From assembly GCF_029232205.1 (NCBI RefSeq), contig NZ_CP107255.1, forward strand, positions 990,001 to 1,022,000: a stretch of DNA of 32,000 nt. The letters run 5' to 3'. This DNA is from Candidatus Saccharimonadota bacterium. Lineage in GTDB: Archaea; Nanohalarchaeota; Nanosalinia; Nanosalinales; Nanosalinaceae. The position numbers and the translations under genes are program-made. How positions within the stretch are numbered: position 1 is the first letter of the stretch; every line of letters begins with the position of its first letter. A model generated the notes under the pieces. That model was not told the DNA's origin, made no database searches, and saw nothing but the letters and a program-made list of their open reading frames with translations. Shown here one piece after another: positions 9,129 through 17,619 of the stretch.

Positions 9129-9839
9129 TTATTCTATAAAGTCATATTCTGAGGCCTCTAGGGCATCTATCATGTCGTGGTATGGGTCGCCATCAGATTG
9201 TGTTTCATCAAGGCCTAGTAGTTCCATTACTTCTCTTTCGGCATCTATCACGCTTAAAGGATATATATCTGTGAGGCCTTCTTCATCTGGTGTTCCTGTC
9301 AGGTATGTATCTATTATGCCTGCGAATTTTCTGGTGTCGAGAGCGTCTTCTATTTCCCATGCGTCTCCTCCGAAAATGTCTACTGGTTTTCTTTCGAAAT
9401 CTCGTTCCTCGCTCCAGAAGTATTCAAGGTTGTCTGGCTTGAAATCTCTGTAGGTTATAGCGTGGTTCTGTCTAAGGTCAAACAGAAGTTCCATGTCGTC
9501 TCTTATGATATCTGGTACTGAGAAAGTTGACTGTACTTCATTTTGCGGTAGGTCTGCAGCGTTCATTCTGACCATTACAGTGTTATATGGTGCGTCGGAC
9601 TTTAGTTCATCTACTTCGACCCATGGAAATCTGTCAACAGAGTTTACTATTTCTTCCTGCTCAAAAGGATCTTTTGACTCCCAGTCATATGGAATTGACT
9701 TCACCACATAGCCTCTAGGACTCATATGAGTAGAATTAGTAGCGCCCTCACCAATCTTGCTTTCGTCATCGTATAGAGCGTCTTTATCAGTCTGAAAGCG
9801 GCGATCTAGCGCTCTTTGGTGAAGATCATTAAAACTCAT
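9129..9839 (-). CDS. Hypothetical acidic protein with a minimal protein-kinase-like motif set
   Basis: Gly-rich KIGEGATNS followed by YVVKS (a VAIK-like Lys). YRDFKPDNLEY resembles the HRDLKPxN / HGDxxxxN catalytic loop. PVDIFGGD lies about 20 residues later (DFG / IDW-like). Confidence 0.55.
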   Translation of the reverse strand: MSFNDLHQRALDRRFQTDKDALYDDESKIGEGATNSTHMSPRGYVVKSIPYDWESKDPFEQEEIVNSVDRFPWVEVDELKSDAPYNTVMVRMNAADLPQNEVQSTFSVPDIIRDDMELLFDLRQNHAITYRDFKPDNLEYFWSEERDFERKPVDIFGGDAWEIEDALDTRKFAGIIDTYLTGTPDEEGLTDIYPLSVIDAEREVMELLGLDETQSDGDPYHDMIDALEASEYDFIE

Positions 9840-9869
9840 AAAGAGTTGTTATGAAGAAGTAATAAATAA

Positions 9870-10871
9870 TTATTCGTGGTTGATTTCCACTTCGTCAAGT
9901 ACATCTAGGGCCTGTGTTGATACGAATGCGAGGTCTTGCCAGTCTTTTGTCATTCTTGGGCAGGCGCAGTTGACGTAGATGTCGATTCCGAATCCTTTGT
10001 AGTCTGATTCGAAGATTCTGTCTTCGACAAATACGTATACGTCTTTGCCGTGTTTCTCAAGTTTTTCTTTGGCGATTTTGACGGCCTGCATGTAGTTCTG
10101 GCCTTTCTTTGAGGAAGTGACGATACCCCATTTCTTCTTGTCTTTGTACTTCATGACTCTGGCGTATTCTGCTCTTTTCTCGTCGTCAAGAGAGTTAGGT
10201 GGTTCAACCCAGATGTGCTCTTCGTATGGATCTACTACGTAGACCTTTTTTCCGGTCTCCGATACCTGTGATGGGTGGAAGTGGCCGGATCCGAGGAAGA
10301 CGAAAGCGTCTACCTTGTGTGATATGTTGTGGGCCGCTCCTGCATCGCATCCGAGTACCTGGCCGACTTCTGTGGTTCTGAGGCCTGTCTTGCCTTCTAC
10401 TACTTCATATCCTTTTTCTTCAAGGAATTCTCGGGCCTCTTCTGCTCTGTCCATGTACTGTGTTACTCCTACGAGGCCGATTTTTTCGTCTTCGTCTATT
10501 TCTTCGTAGTGGTTTTCCAGAATACTCATTATGTCTCTGTCTTCTCTGTACGGAAGATAGTAGACGTTGAGGTCGTCCATGTCGGCTTTTTCTGGATGCA
10601 GGAATCTTGTGTGGCCTACGTGAATTAGCGCGTCGGCCCCCATTCTTTCTGCTTTTTCGTCTGCGATTCCGCATGCTCCGAAGGTTGAGGCCCCGATTAT
10701 TACGGTTTCGTATCCTCTTTCTTCGAGTTGTTGTGCGTAGTCAATTATCTGTGGTTTGATGCCGTCAGGGCCCTGTAGACCGATTTTTTCGTGGTCTTTG
10801 CCCTCTATTTCTTCGAGAATTTCTTCTATTGATTCGTAGTTCCACTGTGCTCGCTGGTTTTCTTCCGTCAT
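9870..10871 (-). CDS. dph2: Diphthamide synthesis enzyme Dph2 (2-(3-amino-3-carboxypropyl)histidine synthase)
   Basis: 333 aa with three spaced Cys contexts (FGACGIAD, VLGCDAGA, NCACPR), as in the archaeal radical-SAM Dph2 4Fe-4S ligands. LQGPDGIKP is at the N-terminus. Confidence 0.85.
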   Translation of the reverse strand: MTEENQRAQWNYESIEEILEEIEGKDHEKIGLQGPDGIKPQIIDYAQQLEERGYETVIIGASTFGACGIADEKAERMGADALIHVGHTRFLHPEKADMDDLNVYYLPYREDRDIMSILENHYEEIDEDEKIGLVGVTQYMDRAEEAREFLEEKGYEVVEGKTGLRTTEVGQVLGCDAGAAHNISHKVDAFVFLGSGHFHPSQVSETGKKVYVVDPYEEHIWVEPPNSLDDEKRAEYARVMKYKDKKKWGIVTSSKKGQNYMQAVKIAKEKLEKHGKDVYVFVEDRIFESDYKGFGIDIYVNCACPRMTKDWQDLAFVSTQALDVLDEVEINHE

Positions 10872-10898
10872 ATAACCTTGAATGTACGCGAAGTCTTT

Positions 10899-12446
10899 TT
10901 AATCAGCAAGTTTGTCCATGATATACTTCTTTTCTTCCCTGAGAACGGCTTTTTCAAGCGATTCAAGGTCTATCTGCGAGGCTATCACGTCGAACCTCTG
11001 TCTGACAGCGGCCCCTACAAGTGTTTGATCTGGTTGTTCTACCAGGAGAATTTTCAGTTCCGCGTCAATGTATTCTATGGCTTCTTTAAGGCCTGTGTCA
11101 GGTAGTTTTCTTGCATCAATGACTGCTTTTTCCCCGTTGAAGGCAAAGATTTCAGAGTAGTTTGTAAGATATCCTTCAGAAGGTATTGCGTCCTCTCTTT
11201 CGTATCCTACAGAGTATCCTTCTCCAAAAGGCGGCGAGAGATGTACTGCTCTGTGTTTTCCATCTATTGGAAGCACTTCTGTGGCCGAGACAGTGTCTGA
11301 AAGAGAGCTTTTTGATGATCTGTCAGCTGAGCGATGTTCGTGGCCGCGGCTTGATCTATCATGTTGTTCTTCAGTTACTTCTACTGATTGGCTTTCGATT
11401 TCTATGTTTTGGCCTTCGTTAAGATTACCTGTGTAGTTGAATATTGCAGGTTTGCCCTCTTTACGGGCTTTCTGTGCGTCCGTTGATGTGAATCCCCCTT
11501 TTCTGGAGATGAGGGTCTTGCTGTAGTCTTCTGGGGGATGTGTCTGATCTGAGAATCTTATGTCTCTTCCTACGCAGCCTTTTATTTCTCCAGAACTTGC
11601 TCTTACTCCTTTAAGCGATGGCTGTGATGTCTGGAATGGGTTGTATTCGTTTTCTGTTTTGAATACGTCTACTACGTAGAATGTTCCTCTTTTGTAGATG
11701 AATTTTATGCTGTACGAGTTTTCCGATAGTTCGTCGGCCATTTCTGTTATTTTGGAGTGTGGAATTGATGGCGAGTTGCTGCTTGTTCTTTTTCTGCGGT
11801 GTTGGCCGTTCATCGGGTTTCTGGTTATTTTTATCTGTGATTCAGGCCTTTTCTCGTCTACTACTTCTTCTCCAGATACCAGGTAGAGTTCTGGAGAAGT
11901 TATTCCCTCTTCAAGAGATATTCCAAGGCCTTCTACCGTTTCTACCAGTGTATAGTCGCCAAGGTAGCTGTTGATTGCGGCTCCAGTGTATCCTGGCTCC
12001 ACCATTTTCTGCACTATTACTGCGGGTGCTCCGGAGTTGTTTTTCTCGTAGTATGATGCTATGACTTTTTTCAGGGCGTTTTCCAGATTGGAAAGGCCTA
12101 CATTCAGTTTGTAGTCATAGATTCCTTTTGTGTCATTTGATATTCTTATTGCTACGCGGCCCGTGTCTCTCTGCCCTCCTACGAGGCTTTTTGCTTTTCC
12201 AGAGGCCTCTCTGACTTCTGAGCTCATTCCTATTTGTTTGTAGGCCGATCTTACTTCTTCGAATGTGTCTGAGGATATATCTGAGTTCAGTACCTGATCT
12301 GGGTTTCTTGCGTCTCCGATCAGTGTGTTTACATCTTTCTTTGTGAGTGTGAAGAAGTTTGGTACGTTGAGGCCTGATACCTGGTCTAGAAGTGCGGCCT
12401 TTCGTCCGGATTGTTCTTTACTGATTTCGCCTTTCCACTGAACCAT
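10899..12446 (-). CDS. PEP-utilizing-enzyme-like protein (PPDK_N ATP-grasp plus a mobile domain lacking the phospho-His)
   Basis: N-terminus GRKAALLDQVSGLNVPNFFTLT, VAIRISN and AVIVQKMVEPGYTGAA resemble the PEP synthase/PPDK nucleotide-binding domain. RKGGFTSTDAQKARKEGKPAI aligns to the GGxTSHAAIxAR swivel-domain motif with Thr in place of His. Confidence 0.65.
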   Translation of the reverse strand: MVQWKGEISKEQSGRKAALLDQVSGLNVPNFFTLTKKDVNTLIGDARNPDQVLNSDISSDTFEEVRSAYKQIGMSSEVREASGKAKSLVGGQRDTGRVAIRISNDTKGIYDYKLNVGLSNLENALKKVIASYYEKNNSGAPAVIVQKMVEPGYTGAAINSYLGDYTLVETVEGLGISLEEGITSPELYLVSGEEVVDEKRPESQIKITRNPMNGQHRRKRTSSNSPSIPHSKITEMADELSENSYSIKFIYKRGTFYVVDVFKTENEYNPFQTSQPSLKGVRASSGEIKGCVGRDIRFSDQTHPPEDYSKTLISRKGGFTSTDAQKARKEGKPAIFNYTGNLNEGQNIEIESQSVEVTEEQHDRSSRGHEHRSADRSSKSSLSDTVSATEVLPIDGKHRAVHLSPPFGEGYSVGYEREDAIPSEGYLTNYSEIFAFNGEKAVIDARKLPDTGLKEAIEYIDAELKILLVEQPDQTLVGAAVRQRFDVIASQIDLESLEKAVLREEKKYIMDKLAD

Positions 12447-12502
12447 GGAAATTATTTGTGGTTAGGCCGGATTAATAGTTAAGGGAAAAATAGGGAGAAT
12501 GT

Positions 12503-13024
12503 TTATTCTACGACTCTGACTCTGCAGCTGACAGGCATCTTGTCGCTTGCTCTTTCCAGGGCCTTTCTTGCTTCGTCGACGTCTTCTTCTCCGAGGTCAA
12601 CGCGCATGATTGCCTGGTCTTTTTCTACGAGTGCTGATCGGCCGATTGGTCGTCCGAATGGTTTACGCATACCTTCGTAGTAACGGTCTGCCTGTGCTAC
12701 TCCTGCTAGAGGGTGGTACCTTAGAACGTGGTGTGGATATGGAATAATTTTCATGAAGTACTCCTCTTCAGGATCTAGAACCTTGGATAGGTGGGAGTTT
12801 GCTGCTACACGGCCTGCTTCCAGAGCTTCGCTTCTGATCTGGCACTGTTCTTCGATTCTGAGCTCTAGAGATTTCGGGAACTCCTTCTTTCTTGCTCCCT
12901 GTTCATACTGTGTTACTCTTGGAGCTGGAGCTCCTTTGATGTAATTATCTTTCTTTTTCTGGCTCTGCCGAGTATACGGCTGACCCGGGTGCTCTCTGTA
13001 AATTCTTGCAGGCCTATCTCCCAT
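12503..13024 (-). CDS. rpl10e: 50S ribosomal protein uL16 (L10e)
   Basis: Starts MGDRPARIYREHPGQPYTR. Also contains RYHPLAGVAQADR-like and GMRKPFGRPIG motifs typical of L10e. Confidence 0.92.
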   Translation of the reverse strand: MGDRPARIYREHPGQPYTRQSQKKKDNYIKGAPAPRVTQYEQGARKKEFPKSLELRIEEQCQIRSEALEAGRVAANSHLSKVLDPEEEYFMKIIPYPHHVLRYHPLAGVAQADRYYEGMRKPFGRPIGRSALVEKDQAIMRVDLGEEDVDEARKALERASDKMPVSCRVRVVE

Positions 13025-13060
13025 TATTAATACCTCGTGAACAAAGTCGTGAACTTAAAT

Positions 13061-13068
13061 TTTATATA
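13061..13068 (-). promoter_or_regulatory. TATA box for rpl10e
   Basis: The minus strand reads TATATAAA, 36 nt upstream of ATG 13024. A GAGGT Shine-Dalgarno lies 7 nt before the ATG. Confidence 0.45.
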
Positions 13069-13076
13069 GGGTTTCG

Positions 13077-13451
13077 TCATGTTTCGGTGATTGCTTCTGC
13101 CAGATTGGTATCCGGGAAGTATTGCTGTATTTCCTCTCTACTTATTTTCTGTAGATAATCCATTCTCTCATCTGCCGGTTTGCTGTCATCGCGGGCTACA
13201 TGGTATACTGTGGCAGCGAAGTCGAAATGTTCAAGGCCTTTTGACGATAGCTGGTTGAGGCCTAGCTCCTCCACTTTTGCATCAAAATTATCTATGTTTG
13301 TCTTGTATTCTCCTTCCGTGGCCTTTACGAGAGCATAGTCTGTTACAGTCTGGTAGAAGTCCGACTTATTTTCCAGAACCGCTGAATCTTCCACTATGTT
13401 CTCTATCTGCTGGAAGGCCTTGTCTGAGTGACGGAAGGTATTCTTTCCCAT
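13077..13451 (-). CDS. Hypothetical protein (124 aa)
   Basis: ORF only, divergent from the sugar operon. No family recognised. Confidence 0.5.
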   Translation of the reverse strand: MGKNTFRHSDKAFQQIENIVEDSAVLENKSDFYQTVTDYALVKATEGEYKTNIDNFDAKVEELGLNQLSSKGLEHFDFAATVYHVARDDSKPADERMDYLQKISREEIQQYFPDTNLAEAITET

Positions 13452-13527
13452 GATATTACTTTGTTGCGAAACTTTTTATCGGAGTTGGATGACCAGAGGT
13501 TTTAATCCGCGAAGTTCAATTGTATGT

Positions 13528-14781
13528 GTGGAAACTGTAAAAGTGTATCAGATCGGTGTCGGCAGCTTTGGAAGGTACGGTTTTGAGAAGTTTGTTGATA
13601 TGCATAACCACCTTCAGGAAGTTGATGTTGAGCTGGCCGGCGTCTGCGATAAAGATTTTGAGAGACTTGAGAACGCTGAGAGTTTCGCCGAGGCCAACGA
13701 TGTAGAGGTTGAGACCTTTCGCGACACCGATGAAATGTATGATCATGCCGCTCAGCAGGACGAACGTGTTCTTGTGTATGATGCAAGCAACTCGGCTACT
13801 CACGCCACTCATATCTATGGATCACTGCAGAGAAACTTTTTCCATATAGCGGAGAGGCCTCCTTCTCTCAGTAGAGAGCAGCATATTCAGGAGAAGAAGC
13901 TTGCAGAGGACCAAGATGTAATGTGGAAAGTTGACTTTATTGAGAGAGAATCTCCTGTAGTGCAGAAGGCCCTTGAACTTGTTGAGGGCAAGAGGATTGA
14001 TTCTCTGAAGGCCTTCCGTGAGAGCACGGCCGGTGTCCAGAAGTCTTTGAATCCTGCGAAGTTTTCCGGTGTTGAAGGTGGAGATATACTTGATAAGATG
14101 ATTAACGAGGTCTACTTTCTGGATCTTCTTGAGGCCTCTGGCAATGAGTCCATGCTTGAAGTTGATGATGTGAAGTCTTTCTTTATGCCGAAAGGTGTTG
14201 ATTCAGATAGCATGATGAGTTTGAAAGGTAGCAAGACTCGAGAGATTGATGAGGCCGCTACTGCCAGGACTCACGCACGTGTTTCAGCCGGTGATACTGA
14301 TGTTGAGCTTTATTCAAGCTGGCTGGGCATATGTAATAATGCTAGAGAAGTTGAGAAGGAGCATGGCCTTGGCTTATTTAATGAGGATTATCGGAAGGTT
14401 GATGAGACTGCTTTTTCGGATGAGGAGTGTCGTTTCTTTGTTGTTGAAGGCGAGGTCAGTCTTATCGGCGACCTTCTGCACGGCCGTCTCTATAATATTG
14501 ATGAAGGCGAGGAGATTGATGTACCCGATCTCCTGCATGATCAGCTTTACCGTGTTCTGAAGAAATCTGTTCTGAATGCTGCGGGCGAGAGATCTGATCC
14601 TGTGTCGGAAAGAGAGACTGAGGAGTTCATGGAGCTGTTGTTTGATATCAGGGATGAAGCTGTTGAAGGCGCGGGAGATTACTTTGATGAGCTGGATGAG
14701 TCCCAGAGTATTATGCGTCAGAAAGTGGTTGAAGATAAAAAAATTCTTGACGCAGAGAAAAGTAGCACCATCGCCGGTTGA
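13528..14781 (+). CDS. Gfo/Idh/MocA-like NAD(P)-dependent oxidoreductase
   Basis: Rossmann start VKVYQIGVGSFGRYG and an EKP-like motif HIAERPPSLS. The start is uncertain. I prefer GTG 13528, which lies 21 nt after TTTTAAT at 13497-13503, over the tracked ATG 13450, which overlaps the divergent gene's start. Confidence 0.6.
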   Translation: METVKVYQIGVGSFGRYGFEKFVDMHNHLQEVDVELAGVCDKDFERLENAESFAEANDVEVETFRDTDEMYDHAAQQDERVLVYDASNSATHATHIYGSLQRNFFHIAERPPSLSREQHIQEKKLAEDQDVMWKVDFIERESPVVQKALELVEGKRIDSLKAFRESTAGVQKSLNPAKFSGVEGGDILDKMINEVYFLDLLEASGNESMLEVDDVKSFFMPKGVDSDSMMSLKGSKTREIDEAATARTHARVSAGDTDVELYSSWLGICNNAREVEKEHGLGLFNEDYRKVDETAFSDEECRFFVVEGEVSLIGDLLHGRLYNIDEGEEIDVPDLLHDQLYRVLKKSVLNAAGERSDPVSERETEEFMELLFDIRDEAVEGAGDYFDELDESQSIMRQKVVEDKKILDAEKSSTIAG

Positions 14782-14787
14782 TTAACT

Positions 14788-15882
14788 ATGAAAGCTGTAA
14801 TTCCCTGTGCAAAAAAGAAGGAAGGAATGTTCCCGCTCTCTGAAACAAAGCCAACAGCACTTATGCCTGTAAGAGGAGAGCCACTTGTAAAACATCTTAT
14901 TAGAAGTCTTGAGGAGATTGGAGTTGACGACATCTATCTTGTAACCAATCATCTAGAAGAGCAGTTCGAGACGATGTTCGAAGAATACACCAATATTAAC
15001 ATTGTACACCAAGAAGAGCTGGGCGGTACAGCTGATGCAGTGAAGGCCTGCGACTTTATCGAGGAAGACTTTTTCGTTGTTAACGGCGATGTGCTTATTT
15101 CTGAGGAGGATCTTCAGAATCTGAAAGATAAGCATGATGAAAGCGGCGGGAAGGCCTCTATTCTTGCAGCTCATGAGAACAAGCCGGAGAAGTTCGGGGT
15201 TCTCAGCATTCGACATGATCAGGTCAGCAGGATAAGTGAGAAACCTGATGAGGCCGATAACAGCTTGGTTAACTCCGGAATCTATATTCTTGACAATGAT
15301 ATTTTCGATGTTATTGAAGGTCTTGACACAGGTGCTCTGACAGATGCAGTCTCCGAGATTGCTGAGGATGGCGATGCCTACTTTGAGATGATTGAGAACT
15401 ACTGGATTGATATTGGAGGGCCTAGAAAGCTTCAGGAAGCTGACCGCGTCAAGAGAGATGAGATCAGCGAGACGGATATTCATCAGGACGCTGATGTCAG
15501 TCAGGAAGCCTATATCACCGGCGATTCTATTGTTGCGAAAGGCGCAGAGGTTAAGGAAGGCGCGATAGTTGAAGGCAACTGCTTTATCGGTGAGAACGCT
15601 GTTATCGGGCCTAACACCGTTGTCAGAGATTCTTCTATTGGTTCTGGCTGTCAGGTTCGGCATGCTGATGTTGATAGAAGTGTGATGTTTGAGGAGAATA
15701 TTGTGGATCCTTTTGTCTCGATTGAGGGCTGTATCATCGGTGAGGAAGGAGATTTCAAGCAGGGCTCGGTTATCAGAGAGTCGTTTATCGGGGCCAGAAG
15801 CTTTGTTGACATGAATAACTCGATTCGTGGCGTGAAGTTTGTGCCTGATGCGAGAACCGATCTCTCGGAGATCAGCAAGTAG
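14788..15882 (+). CDS. Sugar-1-phosphate nucleotidyltransferase-like protein with C-terminal left-handed beta-helix (divergent paralogue)
   Basis: GTADAV, VVNGDVL and SEKPDEADNSLVNSGIYIL are NTP-transferase core motifs. Hexapeptide repeats occupy the C-terminal third. The N-terminal signature is degenerate: IPCAKKKEGMFPLSETKP instead of LAAGxGTRxRPLT. Confidence 0.7.
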   Translation: MKAVIPCAKKKEGMFPLSETKPTALMPVRGEPLVKHLIRSLEEIGVDDIYLVTNHLEEQFETMFEEYTNINIVHQEELGGTADAVKACDFIEEDFFVVNGDVLISEEDLQNLKDKHDESGGKASILAAHENKPEKFGVLSIRHDQVSRISEKPDEADNSLVNSGIYILDNDIFDVIEGLDTGALTDAVSEIAEDGDAYFEMIENYWIDIGGPRKLQEADRVKRDEISETDIHQDADVSQEAYITGDSIVAKGAEVKEGAIVEGNCFIGENAVIGPNTVVRDSSIGSGCQVRHADVDRSVMFEENIVDPFVSIEGCIIGEEGDFKQGSVIRESFIGARSFVDMNNSIRGVKFVPDARTDLSEISK

Positions 15883-15937
15883 CAGGATTGATTAGTAAGT
15901 TAAACATTCCTCTCACATACTGGATTAAGGTGCAACC

Positions 15938-17137
15938 GTGAAGGCAGTAATACTTGCAGCTGGCGAAGGCACGCGAATGAGGCCTTTGACCGAAGACACT
16001 CCAAAACCTCTTCTACCTGTAGCCGGGAAACCAATTATTCAGCACAATATTAACTTGATCAAGGACTTTGTCGACGAGATAATAGTTGTTGCCGGCTATG
16101 AAATAGGCCAGATAGAGGATTTCTTTGAAAACACTCCTGTGAAGATTGTTGAGCAGAGAGAGGCCCAGGGTACTGCCCATGCAGCTCTTCAGGCCCGCGA
16201 ATATATTGACGACCGGACTCTGATTATGAATGGCGACGATATCTACGGAAGCTCTATTAGACAGATTAAGGAGCATGATACTGCTTTTGCTGCTGCAAGA
16301 TCGAAGAATCCTGAGAACTTCGGGGTTCTTGAGACTATTGATGGAGAGGTAAAATCCATCGTTGAGAAACCTGATGAGCCGCCGTCCAATCTTGTGAATA
16401 TCGGATGCTATCTTGTCAAGCCGCGGTTTTTCGAGCTACTTGAGAACGTCGAGGTTTCTCAGAGAGGAGAATACGAGATAACAGATGCACTGAGCATGTA
16501 TATCGCTGAGGAAGACGTAAAGTTAATTGAAACAGAGGAATGGCTTCCCTGCAGCTATCCGTGGCAGATGATAGAGGCCAATCAGAAATTGATGCAGAAC
16601 TTGAACCACAGAGTTGAAGGAGAAGTACATGAGACCGCAGTTGTCAAAGGAGACGTAGTTATAGAGAAGGGCGCTACCGTGAAGGAGCATTCAGTGATCG
16701 AAGGCCCTGCAATAATCAGATCAGGAGCTGAAGTAGGGCCTGATGCATACATTCGTGGAGGAACAGTTCTTCACAGCAATGTTGAGGTTGGAAAGGCCGA
16801 GATCAAAAACTCTGTACTTAGAGAAGAGTCAGCAGTCCCTCATTTCAGCTATGTCGGCGACTCCTACCTTGGAAAGAACGTGAATATCGGGGCTGGCGCA
16901 AAAACCGCTAACCTGCGTAACGACGATGCAACAGTTAGAATGGCTGTTAAAGGAGAGTTAATGGATACAGGCCTGAGAAAGATGGGTGCTGTAATTGGTT
17001 CGGAGGCCAAGATCGGCGTTAATACCTCTATTAAGCCAGGTCGGAAGATTGGTTTCGATGCATCTGTTGACAGCGCTGAAAAAGTCGGTAAAAATGTTCC
17101 AAGCGGCAGAACCTGGAAAGACGGCGATATTGTATGA
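15938..17137 (+). CDS. Bifunctional sugar-1-phosphate nucleotidyltransferase / acetyltransferase (archaeal GlmU-like), GTG start
   Basis: Canonical KAVILAAGEGTRMRPLTEDTPKPLLPV, GTAHA, MNGDDI and VEKPDEPPSNLVNIGCY. The C-terminal part carries hexapeptide (LbH) repeats. Confidence 0.85.
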   Translation: MKAVILAAGEGTRMRPLTEDTPKPLLPVAGKPIIQHNINLIKDFVDEIIVVAGYEIGQIEDFFENTPVKIVEQREAQGTAHAALQAREYIDDRTLIMNGDDIYGSSIRQIKEHDTAFAAARSKNPENFGVLETIDGEVKSIVEKPDEPPSNLVNIGCYLVKPRFFELLENVEVSQRGEYEITDALSMYIAEEDVKLIETEEWLPCSYPWQMIEANQKLMQNLNHRVEGEVHETAVVKGDVVIEKGATVKEHSVIEGPAIIRSGAEVGPDAYIRGGTVLHSNVEVGKAEIKNSVLREESAVPHFSYVGDSYLGKNVNIGAGAKTANLRNDDATVRMAVKGELMDTGLRKMGAVIGSEAKIGVNTSIKPGRKIGFDASVDSAEKVGKNVPSGRTWKDGDIV

Positions 17138-17619
17138 AGGTAGGCCTTGATTTTGACAGAGTGCTTTTCAGAACAGATGAGTTCAAGGAGGAAGTACTTT
17201 TTGCCGAGATAGAGAATTTTCAGGAGACTTACTCGAAGATTGATGGGGTTTACAGCCCTGAGAAACACGCCGAGAAGCTTGGCATCTCCATCGAGAAGAT
17301 TATGGAGTGCCTGGACAGGGCCTCGGAGTATCTGTATGAGGATATTGAGCTTCTGAGGGATTCGAATCACGAGTTCATTATTGTGAGTCGCGGAGATCCT
17401 GTTTTTCAGGAGGAGAAAGTTCAGCGCTCGGGCGCTCTAGATTTTGTGGAAGATCATATTATTCTTCAGGACAGAACAAAAGATGTTGAAGGAATCGAGT
17501 TTCTTGTCGATGATCTGAAGAAGGAGATTCAGAACGCAAATATTGAGGGTTTTCACTTCAAAAGACCTGAAAACTCGCTGAAAGACGTACTTAACAGACT
17601 GGAGGAGAAAGAAAAATGA
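17134..17619 (+). CDS. HAD-superfamily-like small phosphatase
   Basis: The N-terminal GLDFDRVLF fits the DxD nucleophile motif and VDDLKKE resembles motif IV. ATGA start/stop overlaps with both neighbours indicate translational coupling. Confidence 0.55.
   Translation: MKVGLDFDRVLFRTDEFKEEVLFAEIENFQETYSKIDGVYSPEKHAEKLGISIEKIMECLDRASEYLYEDIELLRDSNHEFIIVSRGDPVFQEEKVQRSGALDFVEDHIILQDRTKDVEGIEFLVDDLKKEIQNANIEGFHFKRPENSLKDVLNRLEEKEK

Noticed and set aside
14953-17370. Tracked antisense ORFs 14953..15663 (236 aa), 15651..15878, 16013..16276 and 16864..17370.
   Set aside because: They lie opposite the well-supported NTP-transferase genes. Their length reflects stop-codon-poor antisense of hexapeptide-repeat and acidic coding sequence.
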